Of a stretch of 64,000 nt of DNA, positions 1 to 12,209 are shown one piece after another. Within the stretch, counting starts at the first letter, position 1. Every line of letters starts with the position of its first letter. The stretch lies in assembly GCF_040938485.1 (NCBI RefSeq), contig NW_027272634.1:1-64000 (forward strand), read 5' to 3'. Below the pieces are notes generated by a model. That model saw only the letters and a list, made by a program, of their open reading frames with translations, made no database searches and was not told where the DNA came from. The position numbers were made by a program, and so were the translations under genes. The DNA is from Diadema antillarum (Eukaryota).

Positions 1-49
1 ACACACTCTCAACAATCCCTCACCATCCAAACAGAATCACTGAAGATAG

Positions 50-142
50 TTAACCTATTGAGGATGGGCTGATTCTGCCACAACATGCAATTCCCATAGA
101 CACTTGCCTGAGTATACTCGGGACTCGTCCTAAACAGGTTAA
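50..142. mobile_element. 93-bp TTAA-flanked MITE, copy 1
   Basis: TTAACCTATTGAGGA...TCCTAAACAGGTTAA; internal CCTGAGTATACTCGGG; homologous to five other copies. Confidence 0.85.
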
Positions 143-572
143 AAAAAAAAAAAAATGACACTTGACTTGTTTCTCAACACCAAAAATGGGATGACGTGGG
201 AAGCAGATTATCTGAGCATTAAATCTGTCCTATTTTTTTCTCTTCCAGTTAGAGAGTACACCTAGAACCTCATTATCAAAGTTACAAAAAACAACAACTT
301 GATAATGTCTCTTTTTTTTTATTATTCATCACCACTGTAGAATGGGTGTATTGAATTTCATGTGCATGAAATCTGCTGATTAATCAAAATCAAAACTGGT
401 CAAGAAACCATTGGACTAATGAACCTGTGAGTGTAATGATGTGGGACTGTAGGATTGGGGCTCCCAATACATATTGAAGATTGTTTTTCTAGATCAAATA
501 GACTAGTGTGATCTCTTGAGCTGCAGAAATATTCTTCTCTGTCTCATATGAGAGAGAGAAAAAAGGAAGATC

Positions 573-647
573 AATGAATGAATGAATGAATGAATGAATG
601 AATGAATGAATGAATGAATGAATGAATGAATGAATGAATGAATGAAT
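573..647. repeat. (AATG)n microsatellite
   Basis: About 18 perfect units. Confidence 0.98.
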
Positions 648-1794
648 AAAAGGTGGGAGAGGATGACTTGACACAAAAACCATGTTGCAAGACATGTGAT
701 ACACAGAGTCCTTGACTCTCTTTTTTTGGGAGGTTTCACCACAATTTTGGCAAAGTGTTCACGCTTATTTCCTGACACATGTAGCAAAGCACAAGTATTG
801 CAAGGGGAACCCCCAAGCAATGGCTTGGCACCAATCTACACAAAGACAAAATTACACATTATACGGATATGGTAGCTCTTTCAAATCATTTGTAGCAGGG
901 TGAGAATGTGAAACACCTAACCCCACCTTATTTCATTTTCCCCACGAAAAAGCAACAAAGCAAAACATGACAGACATGACACAAACTCAAGTGCGCCTTA
1001 GTGACCCCAAATCCTTCCAACAATAGCCAATCACCCCACTGTCACCGTTTTTGTAAGAGAGCTTCACAATCCCGAGGGTTTCCACGAACACAACTACGTG
1101 AGGTATCGCATAGATTCCCAACTGCATTGGTTATTCACTCTTCTGCAAAGTCTAGGAAGGGGACAATGGACTTGGGTCACATAACAATGAATCAATAACC
1201 CCCGAGTTCAACGCAAACACCTCTGAAGAGTAACAAAAGGAAATGAAATGCTGATGACTTTCCAGCGGGCAATACTGGCTCGGTGGCAGGGCAATTTACA
1301 CTTGCAATCATTCTTATTTACAGGAACTCCTGTCTTCGATTCTTGGAAAAATGTCTGACATCCATCACTGAGTTCCCTCGGGCAGTAATTTCTGTATTTC
1401 CTCACTTACGATAAAGTGGGTAATTGGATGAAAGTACAGACTCTGACAGAAAAGACGACTTTCTCCCCCCCCCCCCTCTCTCTCTCTTTCTTTTTCAAGA
1501 GTGCGTACCCTTCGATTTCTCGTTAACATCTCATTCCAGGATATTGTCATTAGCGAAGGTCTGAATTGGCCTGCCCGTCGGCATCAACAACGACGGCACG
1601 GCTCTTTCTCAGCCATCCAGGTAAACTTTCCGGGAAAAGTCACGAGCGGACGACACCTGTGACCCATTCTTGACCCTGCGGCCCTCACTGGGTCAGTTAT
1701 TAACTGCTGGGGGGTTGCCACAAATGCCTGGTGTATGGAGCTCCCCCCTGATCACTTTCACAATACCCTGGCTGTAATCAACCCTTTTCCCCAG

Positions 1795-1872
1795 CAGAGA
1801 TTCTGGGAAAATTAGTTTGAGCGGCAAGGAAAATAAGACAGAGATTCCGGGAAAATTAGTTCAAGTGGCAAG
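1795..1872. repeat. Two-copy direct repeat, 44-bp period
   Basis: CAGAGATTC(T/C)GGGAAAATTAGTT..AG.GGCAAG occurs twice. Confidence 0.8.
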
Positions 1873-3430
1873 TAAGAAAAGGATCAGTCGGTCAACTATT
1901 AATAGTGGATGAGATTGACCATAGCATACTCGAACGCTATTGACTGAGGACGGATACACTTCTTGCACCAAGTTGAACAGTTCTAGTTGCATAATACAAC
2001 TCAGGAAGGACTAAAGCTTCAAGTAGTTCTAAGCCCATTTGCACCTCACGCGACTTTCACACAAAATGGCTGGAAAAACAGTAATTTTGCACTACGGCAG
2101 AACAACATGTATTACAGCACAGTGAATATTTTGAGTGAGATCTGATAAGTGATATCACATCATTACCATCTGAGGGTTACAGTAGATCTTACATGAATGT
2201 CGCAAAAAGAGTGATATTTACAAAGGGCTCAAAATTTCGCTACAATTCAACAATACTTAGAAATCTTGGGTAGTGAAACAATCGCTTTGGGAAGACACAA
2301 TGAAATTTTACCCCCACCACCACCTTCCATCTTCATGGATGTTCCAGCTTACTTTCCTCCGTAATTGCATCAGGCACGCAGGATATGCACATGATGAAAA
2401 GGGTTCAGGAGGACAACGACTCTAGTCTAGAGCAAAGGATGGGGGGGGGGGGGGGCACTATAAAAGCGCCCTCCTTGACATAGTGATACACAGATCATTT
2501 TGTACGGTGCGATGGACCTACAACCATACCTTCACAGAAAACCCTAGTCTTCTTTCGTTTATAATCTCGTGCTGTACGATATAACGGAAACAGTGACAGC
2601 ATTCATGTCACACACCAGTTGCCTTTAATGTGTGTGTGTGTGTGGGCAAAACTTTTGGTACGGTATGGACTGGTCGTTAGTGCAGTGACCTACATGGGCA
2701 CTGGAACTACAACATTACGTTTCAAATCAAAGTTCAATTGACTGCTCTAGTTTCCCTGTTCGCTTCCCTTCTTATCCTGTGGAAGCACTCAATGAATGGG
2801 TTGGAAACCGAGTGTTCCACACCCCCCCCCCCCCCTTAAAAAAAGACATACTTTGAATTCATTTCATTAAACAAGGTAACATAGTAGGAGTTCATATCTT
2901 TGCCCTCTTAATGACCCCTTTCACAGTCTCACCATTTCAATGGGCAAAGGTTCACATGAAAGATGTCGCCGGGAGAGAGAAAAAAAAAAGGTATTGCAGT
3001 TGTTGTGCGACTTTCTTGTTTGTCGAAATACGGCATTGTCTGTACAAATTTAGAGGCATAATTCGCTATCCGATACAATCTTTTCAGATCACGAAGCCAC
3101 AAAGAATGCCTACCATTGTTTCGCCATTATAGAAAAACCCACCAGACAGACCAGCATGAATAGAAGTATGCAATGAAATATTTTCATGACCGAGCATAAC
3201 ATTCCAAAGTTGTAAAGCTCCATTTCGAATGAAATAAAAAACAAGAAAAAAGTAAGTAAAGATTCTAAGGCCGTGATAATTTCTCAAGATGAATCAATCA
3301 TCTTGTTTACCTACTTGCAATACTCAAGGTGAGGAAGTTTGTTTGATTTAAAGGGAAAAATTGGGGGGAAAATAGCTTTCAATAGTTGGATTCATACTGA
3401 CGAGAATTACAATGTCGCGGAATACAAATC

Positions 3431-3795
3431 TTAAAGGCATAATTTAGCATTTGCAGATGAAACAAAAACCCAGCTTTAGTGCTTCAAATACTTCTAAAAT
3501 GTGAGTTAGGGATAGGAACCACCAATGTAAAAATTTTAACCAGTATAATCAACATTAAGTATTGTTAGATATTCAAAATGTGAACAATAGTTACAATAAA
3601 ATTGTTTCTAGACTAAACCGTCTACAGCTATGGTTTATTGAGAAAAATAGTGATATCTCCTCATATTTTACGCTTTATTGCAAAATTTGTATATGGTAGG
3701 ATGTTTGTGATACAACTGACCTATACATATGCATCAAATGTGATAACTCAAAACATTTTATAAATCACTGCTCCCAATGGTAAACAATACCTTAA
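3431..3795. mobile_element. Kolobok-like non-autonomous DNA transposon (TTAA-flanked, AGG/CC ends), copy A
   Basis: TTAAAGG...CCTTAA ends; homologous along its length to 7415-7734 in reverse orientation. Confidence 0.7.
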
Positions 3796-6266
3796 GATTT
3801 TTGCCAGTTTGGATATAAAAATCTCACTAAATAGCGCGATCAGCATCGTGACCCAAATCCCAAGAAATCTTGATTTTTTTTTCTGAATTGCGATAATTTG
3901 TACAGTAGCAAGTGTGTAAACCCTGGAGCAAATAATCTCCTGCCTTTTCTATCCCATCATTCAAAACAAACATCACAACAGCCCATAAAAGTGTCACGTT
4001 CTGCAGATATCGTTCATGCATAGTTTGGTCGGCAAAGTTTCGCCATCGGAAATTAGCTGCATATTTCTGTTCATCGGAACGGTGCCCAAAATCTCGGTAT
4101 TTGGATTGTAATCAAGATCCCAATATTTTGTCTAGGTGCAAATGACTCTACTGGGAGGTTTGCATTATTTTGCACGCTTGTTGAGTTTCATCTGGCTGTA
4201 GATCGTTGTTCTGTCTGTAAAGTGGATGGAGAAATTCACCAGTGGTAACGCTCAGGATTCTCCCCATTGAATCACCTGGGGTTTTGATGTAAATAAAATG
4301 CATCCACGTACAGTAAGTTACAAACTCTATTTCTTTGGGTGGGTGGTGTGGGGTAGGATTGGGTGGGTGTGGTTGTGGAATGGAAGGATAATCAAAGGCA
4401 CTCAAGAGTGACATGACGCACTTTGCAATCCTTTTCTTGTCTGGAAATGTCATGCCATGAGTTTTTAAAGCATGAGGGTTTTACTTTGGTATACATTGTC
4501 ATTTTCTTTCTTTTTTTTTGTCATGATGCCTACACCTTTCTGGCTCTTCAATGATGACATACTTGTTGAAGATGCCAACAGCTTGATGCTTTGAAGAAGG
4601 CAGATCACTGACGGATGCTACATCAATACCCTTACTAAAAGTGGAGCTTTAATATCCTTAAAGCATGTTTCAGGGCTTGTGCAAACCATCTTAAAACCCT
4701 GCATGAATAGCACTTGTCAAAAGAGATATGTCATTCCAGAAACATGTCAGATCATCTGGAAGAAAGGGGGTGGGGGTGGGGGTGGGGGCTTGGCAGTAAG
4801 TAATGAGACACAAACAATTTACATCCCTTCACCATCGGCTCTCTCATGACAAGGAATCAATAGAGATTGTCCGTGATGAATTGCAGACGTGGGACCGGAC
4901 AGAGACAAAAAGGGGGAGATAAAATGGACACAGACAAGTCAAATCCCATCACAGCTAGCTGAATCATGAATTTACAAGGGCTACATAAGAAAAAGCTGAA
5001 AAGAAAAAAAAAGTGGGGGAGAGTACGGAGGAGAGCGTAATTCTACCGACAGGGATTAATTCGTCCTCTTCTCATTGCTCCTCCCTGCGAAGAAGATTTC
5101 GGCCAATAATTGCCCTCACTGACAACTTGCCCAGTGTCTGACCTTTTCAAGAGAACTCATCTTTTCTTTTTCCTTCTCCTTTCCTGCTTGCCTCTCTCTT
5201 GCCACCCCCCCCCCACCCCCCAACCAGCTGACAACTGTTCACCTTCAGCCAAAAGTGCAACCCATCACTCAGGTGACACTTGGCCATCTACTCCCCAAGA
5301 GTTTAGTCTGCTTCTAGGAAGCGTCTGCCCCCCAATTGACCCCCTGATTCCTGAAGAGCATTGTTGTCAAGAGTTTCCACTGCCAGGCCAACAAAAGAGA
5401 ACCTAGGTGCCCCTCTCCTTCCCTCTCGCTCTCAATCACTCTTATCATCTGTTTCACTTTCACTTATATACTTTTCTGTAGAATCATTTCCCCCCTTGTC
5501 ATTTGGAGCCGTTCTGATTAGCAAAATAACCCGCATGTGCTCAACTGCTTTGTGGATCCAGAGCTAGACTGCACACGGAGGGTTTGTGGGCGGGCAGGGG
5601 AACAGAGGAACCGATTTTGGGTTCCCCCGAACTTTCCTCTCTCTCTCTCAGCCTGCGCACACTATCCTCACCCCCCTCCACCCCCCCCCCCCCCCCCCCC
5701 TGCCTTCCTCCTCTCTGCCATCAACGACTCACTGTTGGGGGCCCCTGATGAAAAGCTTCCATGTAATATTTGTGCAGCCGCTGAAAATGGCTGTTGACAG
5801 GCTCATCAGGACAGCTTCCTGACAACAGAGATTCATCATGACCCATTCACATGCGAATGCTAATCTGCCTCCACTACCCGAACACAAAACAGCAGCAGCC
5901 CTATATGTTCTCTAAAATTTGCAATAAAAAACAAATGACAGAAAAAGGTAGGCATATTCAACCATATGTATGGCCAGACTAACATCCAAATTGAATTTAA
6001 AGGTGCTTAAAAATAATATTGCAATTTCATAACCAGACAACCAGCCAGGAGAGAGCTGTGTCTTCCGTTAAAGTGGTCAAAACTGCTTCCATTTCAAACA
6101 CACTTGAGAAGACAAAGTCTTGTCAATCTGTTTCCTTCTTCTGCCGCTGAAATATCAATTTCCCATCCAAGATGCAGTTTGTATCTTGGCACAGATGAAA
6201 AAACAAACAAACAAATAAAATAACAAACTCAAATATACATGCTTTAAACAGAGGTAAAGGCATATA

Positions 6267-6267
<1 letters not shown>

Positions 6268-6307
<40 letters not shown>

Positions 6308-6322
6308 AACAGACTCACACAC
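6268..6322. repeat. Interrupted (AC)n microsatellite
   Basis: Direct reading. Confidence 0.95.
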
Positions 6323-7414
6323 AACCCCCTTTTTTTTCAAGTTTTACCAATGCCTGCTACGGTGATGTGAGTAATCATAGACATTTTCCTGGGCCATATT
6401 TTGTTCTTTTTAAAATGACTTTCCACTATTTGCTATACAAACATCGTGATTGCAGTTTTTACAAGTGTTTGTTTGTTAGGTTTCCTGCTAAATTGGGATT
6501 CTTTTGTTCTAATCTTGATTTTCATTAACACTTAGGCAATCATTTGAAATTCATCAGTGTATCACAGGTATGATAACTTAGGAGGGAAAAAAACTAACAG
6601 TGGTGTCCCAAAACTTTTGTATTTATTAAGCTGCATAAGCATCAGCCCCCTAAATCAGTAGTTAGTGCTTAGTTAAGGCTTTAATAGTGTATTTGAGTCC
6701 TAACTCAGAACGTGCTATTCGTATAATAACAGAATTTGTCATGAAATGGCAAACGCCAAAAAAAGAGCCAGCAGAGAAATCATTCCTCCCTTAATCCCAC
6801 TTCCAAAAATACACTTGTACAGTATATTTTGATATCTCTCCCTAGAACAATGGCTACAAAACATTGTATGTCCTTATTTGGCAAGTACAGAGAATTACTA
6901 ATTTCTACTCTTTTGAGGCCCAAGGCAGTGGCTTACCTATATAGACGTCATTCGGCTTTTGATAGCACTCTAATAAAGTCTTTTCTCTTTTTATAGTTTC
7001 TTCTCTATCACATAGATGAATATATCAAAACAAATAAAAAACTTTCATTTTATTGTATACCACTGTGTTGGTTGCTTGGCAAAGTTATTTTTTTTTAAAT
7101 ACTTTTTTCTTCCTTGTTTTTTTTTTTCTTCACTTTTGATCATCAGTGTGATTGACAACAATCAGTCCATTTTTTTTTTGTTGCTGTTTTTTTTTAAGTA
7201 GCAGTAATGTCATTGATAACAAAGCCTTCAATAAAACCAGTACTTTCATGCATGACAATAAAACATGATTTCATCACTTAATGTTCTTTTTGATGTCTGA
7301 CTGAATGCCAAAAGCATTCAAATGTTCCCCCAACAAAGTATTTGACTTGGTGACTCTTATACGGTTATTGCCTCAATAAGCCACAGAACAGATAAGAAGT
7401 CAAGGGTGCTGGAA

Positions 7415-7734
7415 TTAAAGGTCCTATTTACCTTTTGGAACAGTAATTTTAAAAGTTAAAACATCCTATCATACAAAATGTTCGCGATAAAGCCTAAAAT
7501 ATATTGAGATATCTGCATTTTTCTTACTAAACCATAACTGTAGACGGTTTAGTCTGGAAGCACTTCTATTATAACTATTGTTCACATTTTGTATATTTAA
7601 CAATACTTAACATCGATTTTACCGATTCAATTTTTTACAGTGGTTGTTCTATCCCTAACTCACATTTTAGAACTATGTTAGAGCACTAATGCTTGGTTTC
7701 TGTTTCATCTGCAAATGGTAAATTATGCCTTTAA
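7415..7734. mobile_element. Same family, copy B, inverted relative to copy A
   Basis: Reverse-complement blocks shared with copy A, e.g. TGTAGACGGTTTAGTCT, CTATCCCTAACTCACATTTTAGAA, TTTCATCTGCAAATG; TTAA at both ends. Confidence 0.7.
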
Positions 7735-8520
7735 ATACATTCAGAGGCAGCTTAAACAAACTAAACTTTCAATATGTCATGTGACAAAGAGGTATTACTC
7801 ACTTTAAGGCTATTATTCTAAAATATTTCATTTTAGATTTCCCTAATTGAAGCAATCAGCCTATGGAGGGAAATACAAGGCATGAATCCCATCACCCTCT
7901 ATTTTCAAACCACCCTTTTTACCCGCAAACCGCTCACTTCTCAAACCCTGCTGCGGTTTAAAATTGGGTGTGAAAGTGAGTCAACGCTTGGCCCAGCTAA
8001 AAGGATGACAAATCTGGCACGAATTTGTACTCATCCTAAAGCACCGGGACAGTGGCCATTTGGAAATCAGGTTCAAAAAGCGGACAGCCAAGTCACTAAC
8101 AAACCCCCAAAAGAAAGAAAAAAGAACGAGTGAGGGCAAGAGAAGCAACAGAAAGGTAAAAATGGACCAGATGACATGACATGGCTCATCTTTATGGATA
8201 TGATTTGCCAACATTTGCATCATTCCATCACACAGATTACTACACGTCAAGCCTCTCTTTTCACGGTTCTTTCTTATCTTTGGTGCAAGAATTGGTAAAA
8301 ACACAAGACATATTGGCTCAATCTGTTTGAATAATATTGCAAAGACAGTTCTAGTCTTCAGCAATGATTGCCATTATGAATAATTCTATCGTGTTTCAAG
8401 AAAACCAAAAATGACCTACAAACCAGAATTACAGATGCACTTCTCAAAAGGATACAAAGATGCCAAGAAGTACATTTTCATGGTTAATCAAAGGAGTACA
8501 TTTTCATGGTAAATTAAAAT

Positions 8521-8522
<2 letters not shown>

Positions 8523-8551
<29 letters not shown>
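8523..8551. repeat. (GT)n microsatellite
   Basis: Direct reading. Confidence 0.95.
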
Positions 8552-8718
8552 CATGTGTTTGGTTGATTTAAAGGTAAACATAGTTTCCATATGCCTGCAG
8601 AAATTGTCAATTATAGTTCTAAAATAGACAAATAATGCCATGACAACACAATTTCATTTAGGTAACGAGGAAAATTCAAAATATTAGCCAAAAGGGTATG
8701 CCGACAGTGCTGCAACCT

Positions 8719-8953
8719 CAGAGCACATTTGACCATGGTTGCTACATACACATGTGCATGTAATGTTTTGAAATCCATTACAAATCAGGCCACAGAGCAG
8801 TACCAATTGATCTTCCACGTGAGTGTGAATTGAGAGCACATCAGAGCACATTTGGCCATGGTTGCTACATAAACATGTACATGTAATGTTTTGATATCCA
8901 TTACAAATCTGGCCACAGCAGTACCCACTGATCTTCCGCGCGAGTGTGAATTG
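8719..8953. repeat. Tandem duplication, about 123-bp unit, two copies
   Basis: CAGAGCACATTTG.CCATGGTTGCTACATA...GAGTGTGAATTG at 8719 and 8842. Confidence 0.9.
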
Positions 8954-9976
8954 CAGTGAACTCATTGGGAAATACTACTTCCACGGCACAATCGATCATC
9001 ACTTCACATTCTACCTATCAACTACTAAATGGGGAGGATACTTCAGAAATAAAAGTTGTGTACATATACAATCAAAACAATTTCACATTTTTTATCTCAA
9101 AATACTCCAAAACAACTCATTATCCTGCTACTTGCATCAGACAGATCAGATTGATCTGGAGACCAACCTAGTTCAAAAATGATACTCTGAAGTATATCAA
9201 ATTTGAATAATTTTTTTGGTAGCTTGCTTATAATCACTTCCTGAGAAAGTCAAGTTTGAAAACCAATAAAATGGAAGTAACTATATCTACTCATAATATA
9301 ATTTCATTGGCCATTCTTTCGAAACGGCGCATCACATATAACATATCAACATCTTTTTACAACAACCGTATGAAGAAAAAAAGTGACAGTGATTTTTTTT
9401 ACAGCATACTCTTCCTAATATCATAAAACTTGCAGACAAGGTCAAACATGTAGACAGAGACAAAAATAAAAAACACAAAAGGACTATCTTTTTTTTCCTG
9501 ACCATCTTTTGGAATTGTTCTCAAAATTTCTCCACAGCCGACACATGCTGCGACACACAGGCTCTCGATCTGGACGAAGTCCAAGCGGAGAACAATGCAC
9601 TGTCATGTTCAGCAATGCCTGTGCAGTCATGTGACACGCTTTAAAACTGTCTTGCACAATTTCAAAACAAACGTAACGGGTCGCGACAGACTTGCGTCCT
9701 TCAAACCAGACTGTTAAATGATGGGGTGTATTGTGTTTTGGGTGTGTGCTGTGAGGAAAGTGCAAATCCAAGGCACTGGAAGATATCAAAGATTAATATT
9801 TTTCTGCAGTAGAATAAAAATGCATATAATTATGCAGCCAACTAATAGGGACAAATGCGTCGACCTCTAGATGCAAATTGCTCATCAGTCAATATTTCTC
9901 CTCCAAATGGCTGAGTTTTGTAAGTTTTGGAAATAGCAAATAGGTGTTGTCATCACCAGTAGTAGTGTTTCAATAC

Positions 9977-10069
9977 TAAACTCATTGAGGACGGACTAAT
10001 TTTGCTGTAACACGCATTTCCCATAGACACCCGTCCGGGTATTCTCGGGACTTGTCTTCAACGGTTTAA
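9977..10069. mobile_element. 93-bp TTAA MITE, copy 2 (diverged)
   Basis: Same length, core (TTTCCCATAGACAC...TCGGGAC) and orientation as copy 1. Confidence 0.8.
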
Positions 10070-10689
10070 TCGACAAAAATTGGGTGACTGGAACCACATT
10101 ACCACATTCTGCCAAATTAAGATACATAAAATATACACACAGTGTGAAAGTACGTTGGGAGGGGAGTTTGGCTGGTTGTCAAGTTTCTGTTAGTATACAC
10201 CATGTACCTACAAGCAATACCGACAGCTGGTACAGCAGATTGGTGAATTTAAACATGAGGATAGGTACAGTCATCACGCAGCCGTACTGAGCACTCGCTC
10301 CTCAGTCTGTTCACCCCTTGAAGACCACATAAGACCACATCCTTAACTTAAGAACATTTCACACTTAGAACTTTCACATTGCCTGGTCATGTCAATCTAT
10401 TCTCCTATCATATCCGTATATCATTTCTCTTCTCATCTTTTGTACAACCTATCCCCACTTCCCCCTCCTAAAAATACCCTTTGTTTCTAAGACTGAAAAT
10501 TTCTCCTACATGAACTTCACAATGTCTTTTCTTTCCCTCACTGAGATCTGCCATACATTTTTACTTTATCCCACATTTCCTTCTATTTTCATATTGCTTT
10601 ATTTCACACAGTCATTCTTGACTTCGCATGAAGAAGGTTTGTAACATCCATCAAAGCAAGAGGGCCCCTATCCCTCCATACCCCTCCTC

Positions 10690-11270
10690 CCTCACAACGT
10701 CTGGGTGCACAGCGCCAGGACCTAGCTCTTAAATCTGACACAGCCATCCCGTACCGTGAACTTGGCTTGTTCACTCCCGGCCAATCACGACCAGACACGT
10801 TGTGTCACATCGCGTTAGCTCCGAAACGCCGAGCGGCCCACATCCAGTCGCGGTCATAACAGAAGTGGCACGCTACTTTCAGATGCCATTAAGGTTGAGA
10901 CATGCCGAGTGACATATCTGGGCAGTTTTCGTTTTTGCCGCAAATCGCGCGCGCACATTTCTTCCCTGGCTCACGTGCCCTCTGGCCATTTAGAAAGAGA
11001 CAAGCTGTCACAGATTATGTGTCTAGCCCAGAGAGGATCACTTCAACCTAGGTAGACGCTGGAGTCTGTTTTTTCCTTTCTAATTTCCTTCCCCAAAACA
11101 TTGTCAAAGCGGCGGCATGAAAACGGCCCGGAGCCGTGCAGTAGTGAAGTCATTTATGGCTCTCTCGAGTCGGGAGTTCCGCCGAAAGAAGGCCACTTTA
11201 CGACCACCACGTTCTGCCGCACCCTAGGTTTGGCTGACAGCTTGCCTGCAGACAAGGGTGCGCAAGTAGT
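10690..11270. promoter_or_regulatory. CpG-rich promoter- or enhancer-like patch
   Basis: High CpG density by eye, GGCCAATCACG, CACGTG E-box and CGCGCGCG; no repeat ends seen. Confidence 0.35.
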
Positions 11271-12063
11271 GCCCTGAAAAATGTGGCAGTTGCAAGTATA
11301 CAATAAAATCAAGAGCATGTTCCACATTTTATTGCACCAGTTAAAGTTGTTTCCAACTCTCTAAGCCCAGCTTAAAAGATGCTTGTCATCTGCAAATATC
11401 CTTCCTCAAATTGACATATTTCCTCTTGTCAAAGGGGGAGGGGTGGGGGTGAAGAATTGTGAGGTCTCAACAAAATCCAAAAGGAAGACCAATTATCAAT
11501 TTTTTCCCAGCTCTGCTCTGATCACACTTTTGCCATCTCTTCACTTGTACCTCAGTGTAGCTTGGCTCTCACAGTGACAAATTCCCTTGCAATGATATTT
11601 CTGACATCAGAGCTTCAAAATTATAATGCTAGATCCATTCAAATCACACTGCACCATCATGCTAACTTTTATGTCCACGTTCTGTGTGAAACTATTCAAC
11701 GCATTTCACTATTTCACGACAATTGATGTTGTCCTGTTTTGGGGTAACAATATGGTTTTACACATATCTATCTACATAAATGTATATATTCATAGATACT
11801 GTTTTTCTTTCCAGGAACAGAGATGTTTAGATCATACCAACAAATCCGTTGGTAATGGTAGTCATGAATTTTGTGATTTCATTGGCAGCATTTTAAGCTT
11901 GATATCATTACCCACTCGGTGCCACAACCCCTCCCCCCTCCTCCCAAGTTATTAACAGGTGAATGAAACAGCATCACTATCGTGAACTCGTATGTGCACT
12001 GTGCATGGCTCATTAACAAATATCCTGGCATCAAGCTTGCCCGAGGAGAGCCACACTCGCCTG

Positions 12064-12209
12064 GGCCCCGTTTCAGTAAACTTGTTATCAGTGACAAGTT
12101 GTCATAGTTGTTACAAGCTACTGAAATCCTTGCATCTGATTGGCTAAGAGCAAATTTGTAATAGAAATGTGGCAGTGGTCACTGATGACAAGTTTTATGA
12201 AACAGGGCC
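12064..12209. mobile_element. 146-bp MITE, about 32-bp TIRs, CTG target duplication (PIF/Harbinger-ISL2EU group, NuwaI-like)
   Basis: GGCCCCGTTTCAGTAAACTTGTTATCAGTGAC versus reverse complement of right end GGCCCTGTTTCATAAAACTTGTCATCAGTGAC; CTG on both sides. Confidence 0.8.

Noticed and set aside
489-820. ORFs with HSFIHSFI repeats
   Set aside because: Translation of the (AATG)n microsatellite.
7981-8364. 127-aa minus-strand ORF with a hydrophobic stretch, considered as the missing ferlin TM exon
   Set aside because: No RPETSF/WF/KW similarity; the hydrophobicity comes from a T-rich tract; no suitable phase-2 acceptor.
10075-10110. Minus-strand MWFQSP resembling ferlin LWFTSP
   Set aside because: Acceptor is in the wrong phase, no RPETS, and no TM segment follows the adjacent MITE.
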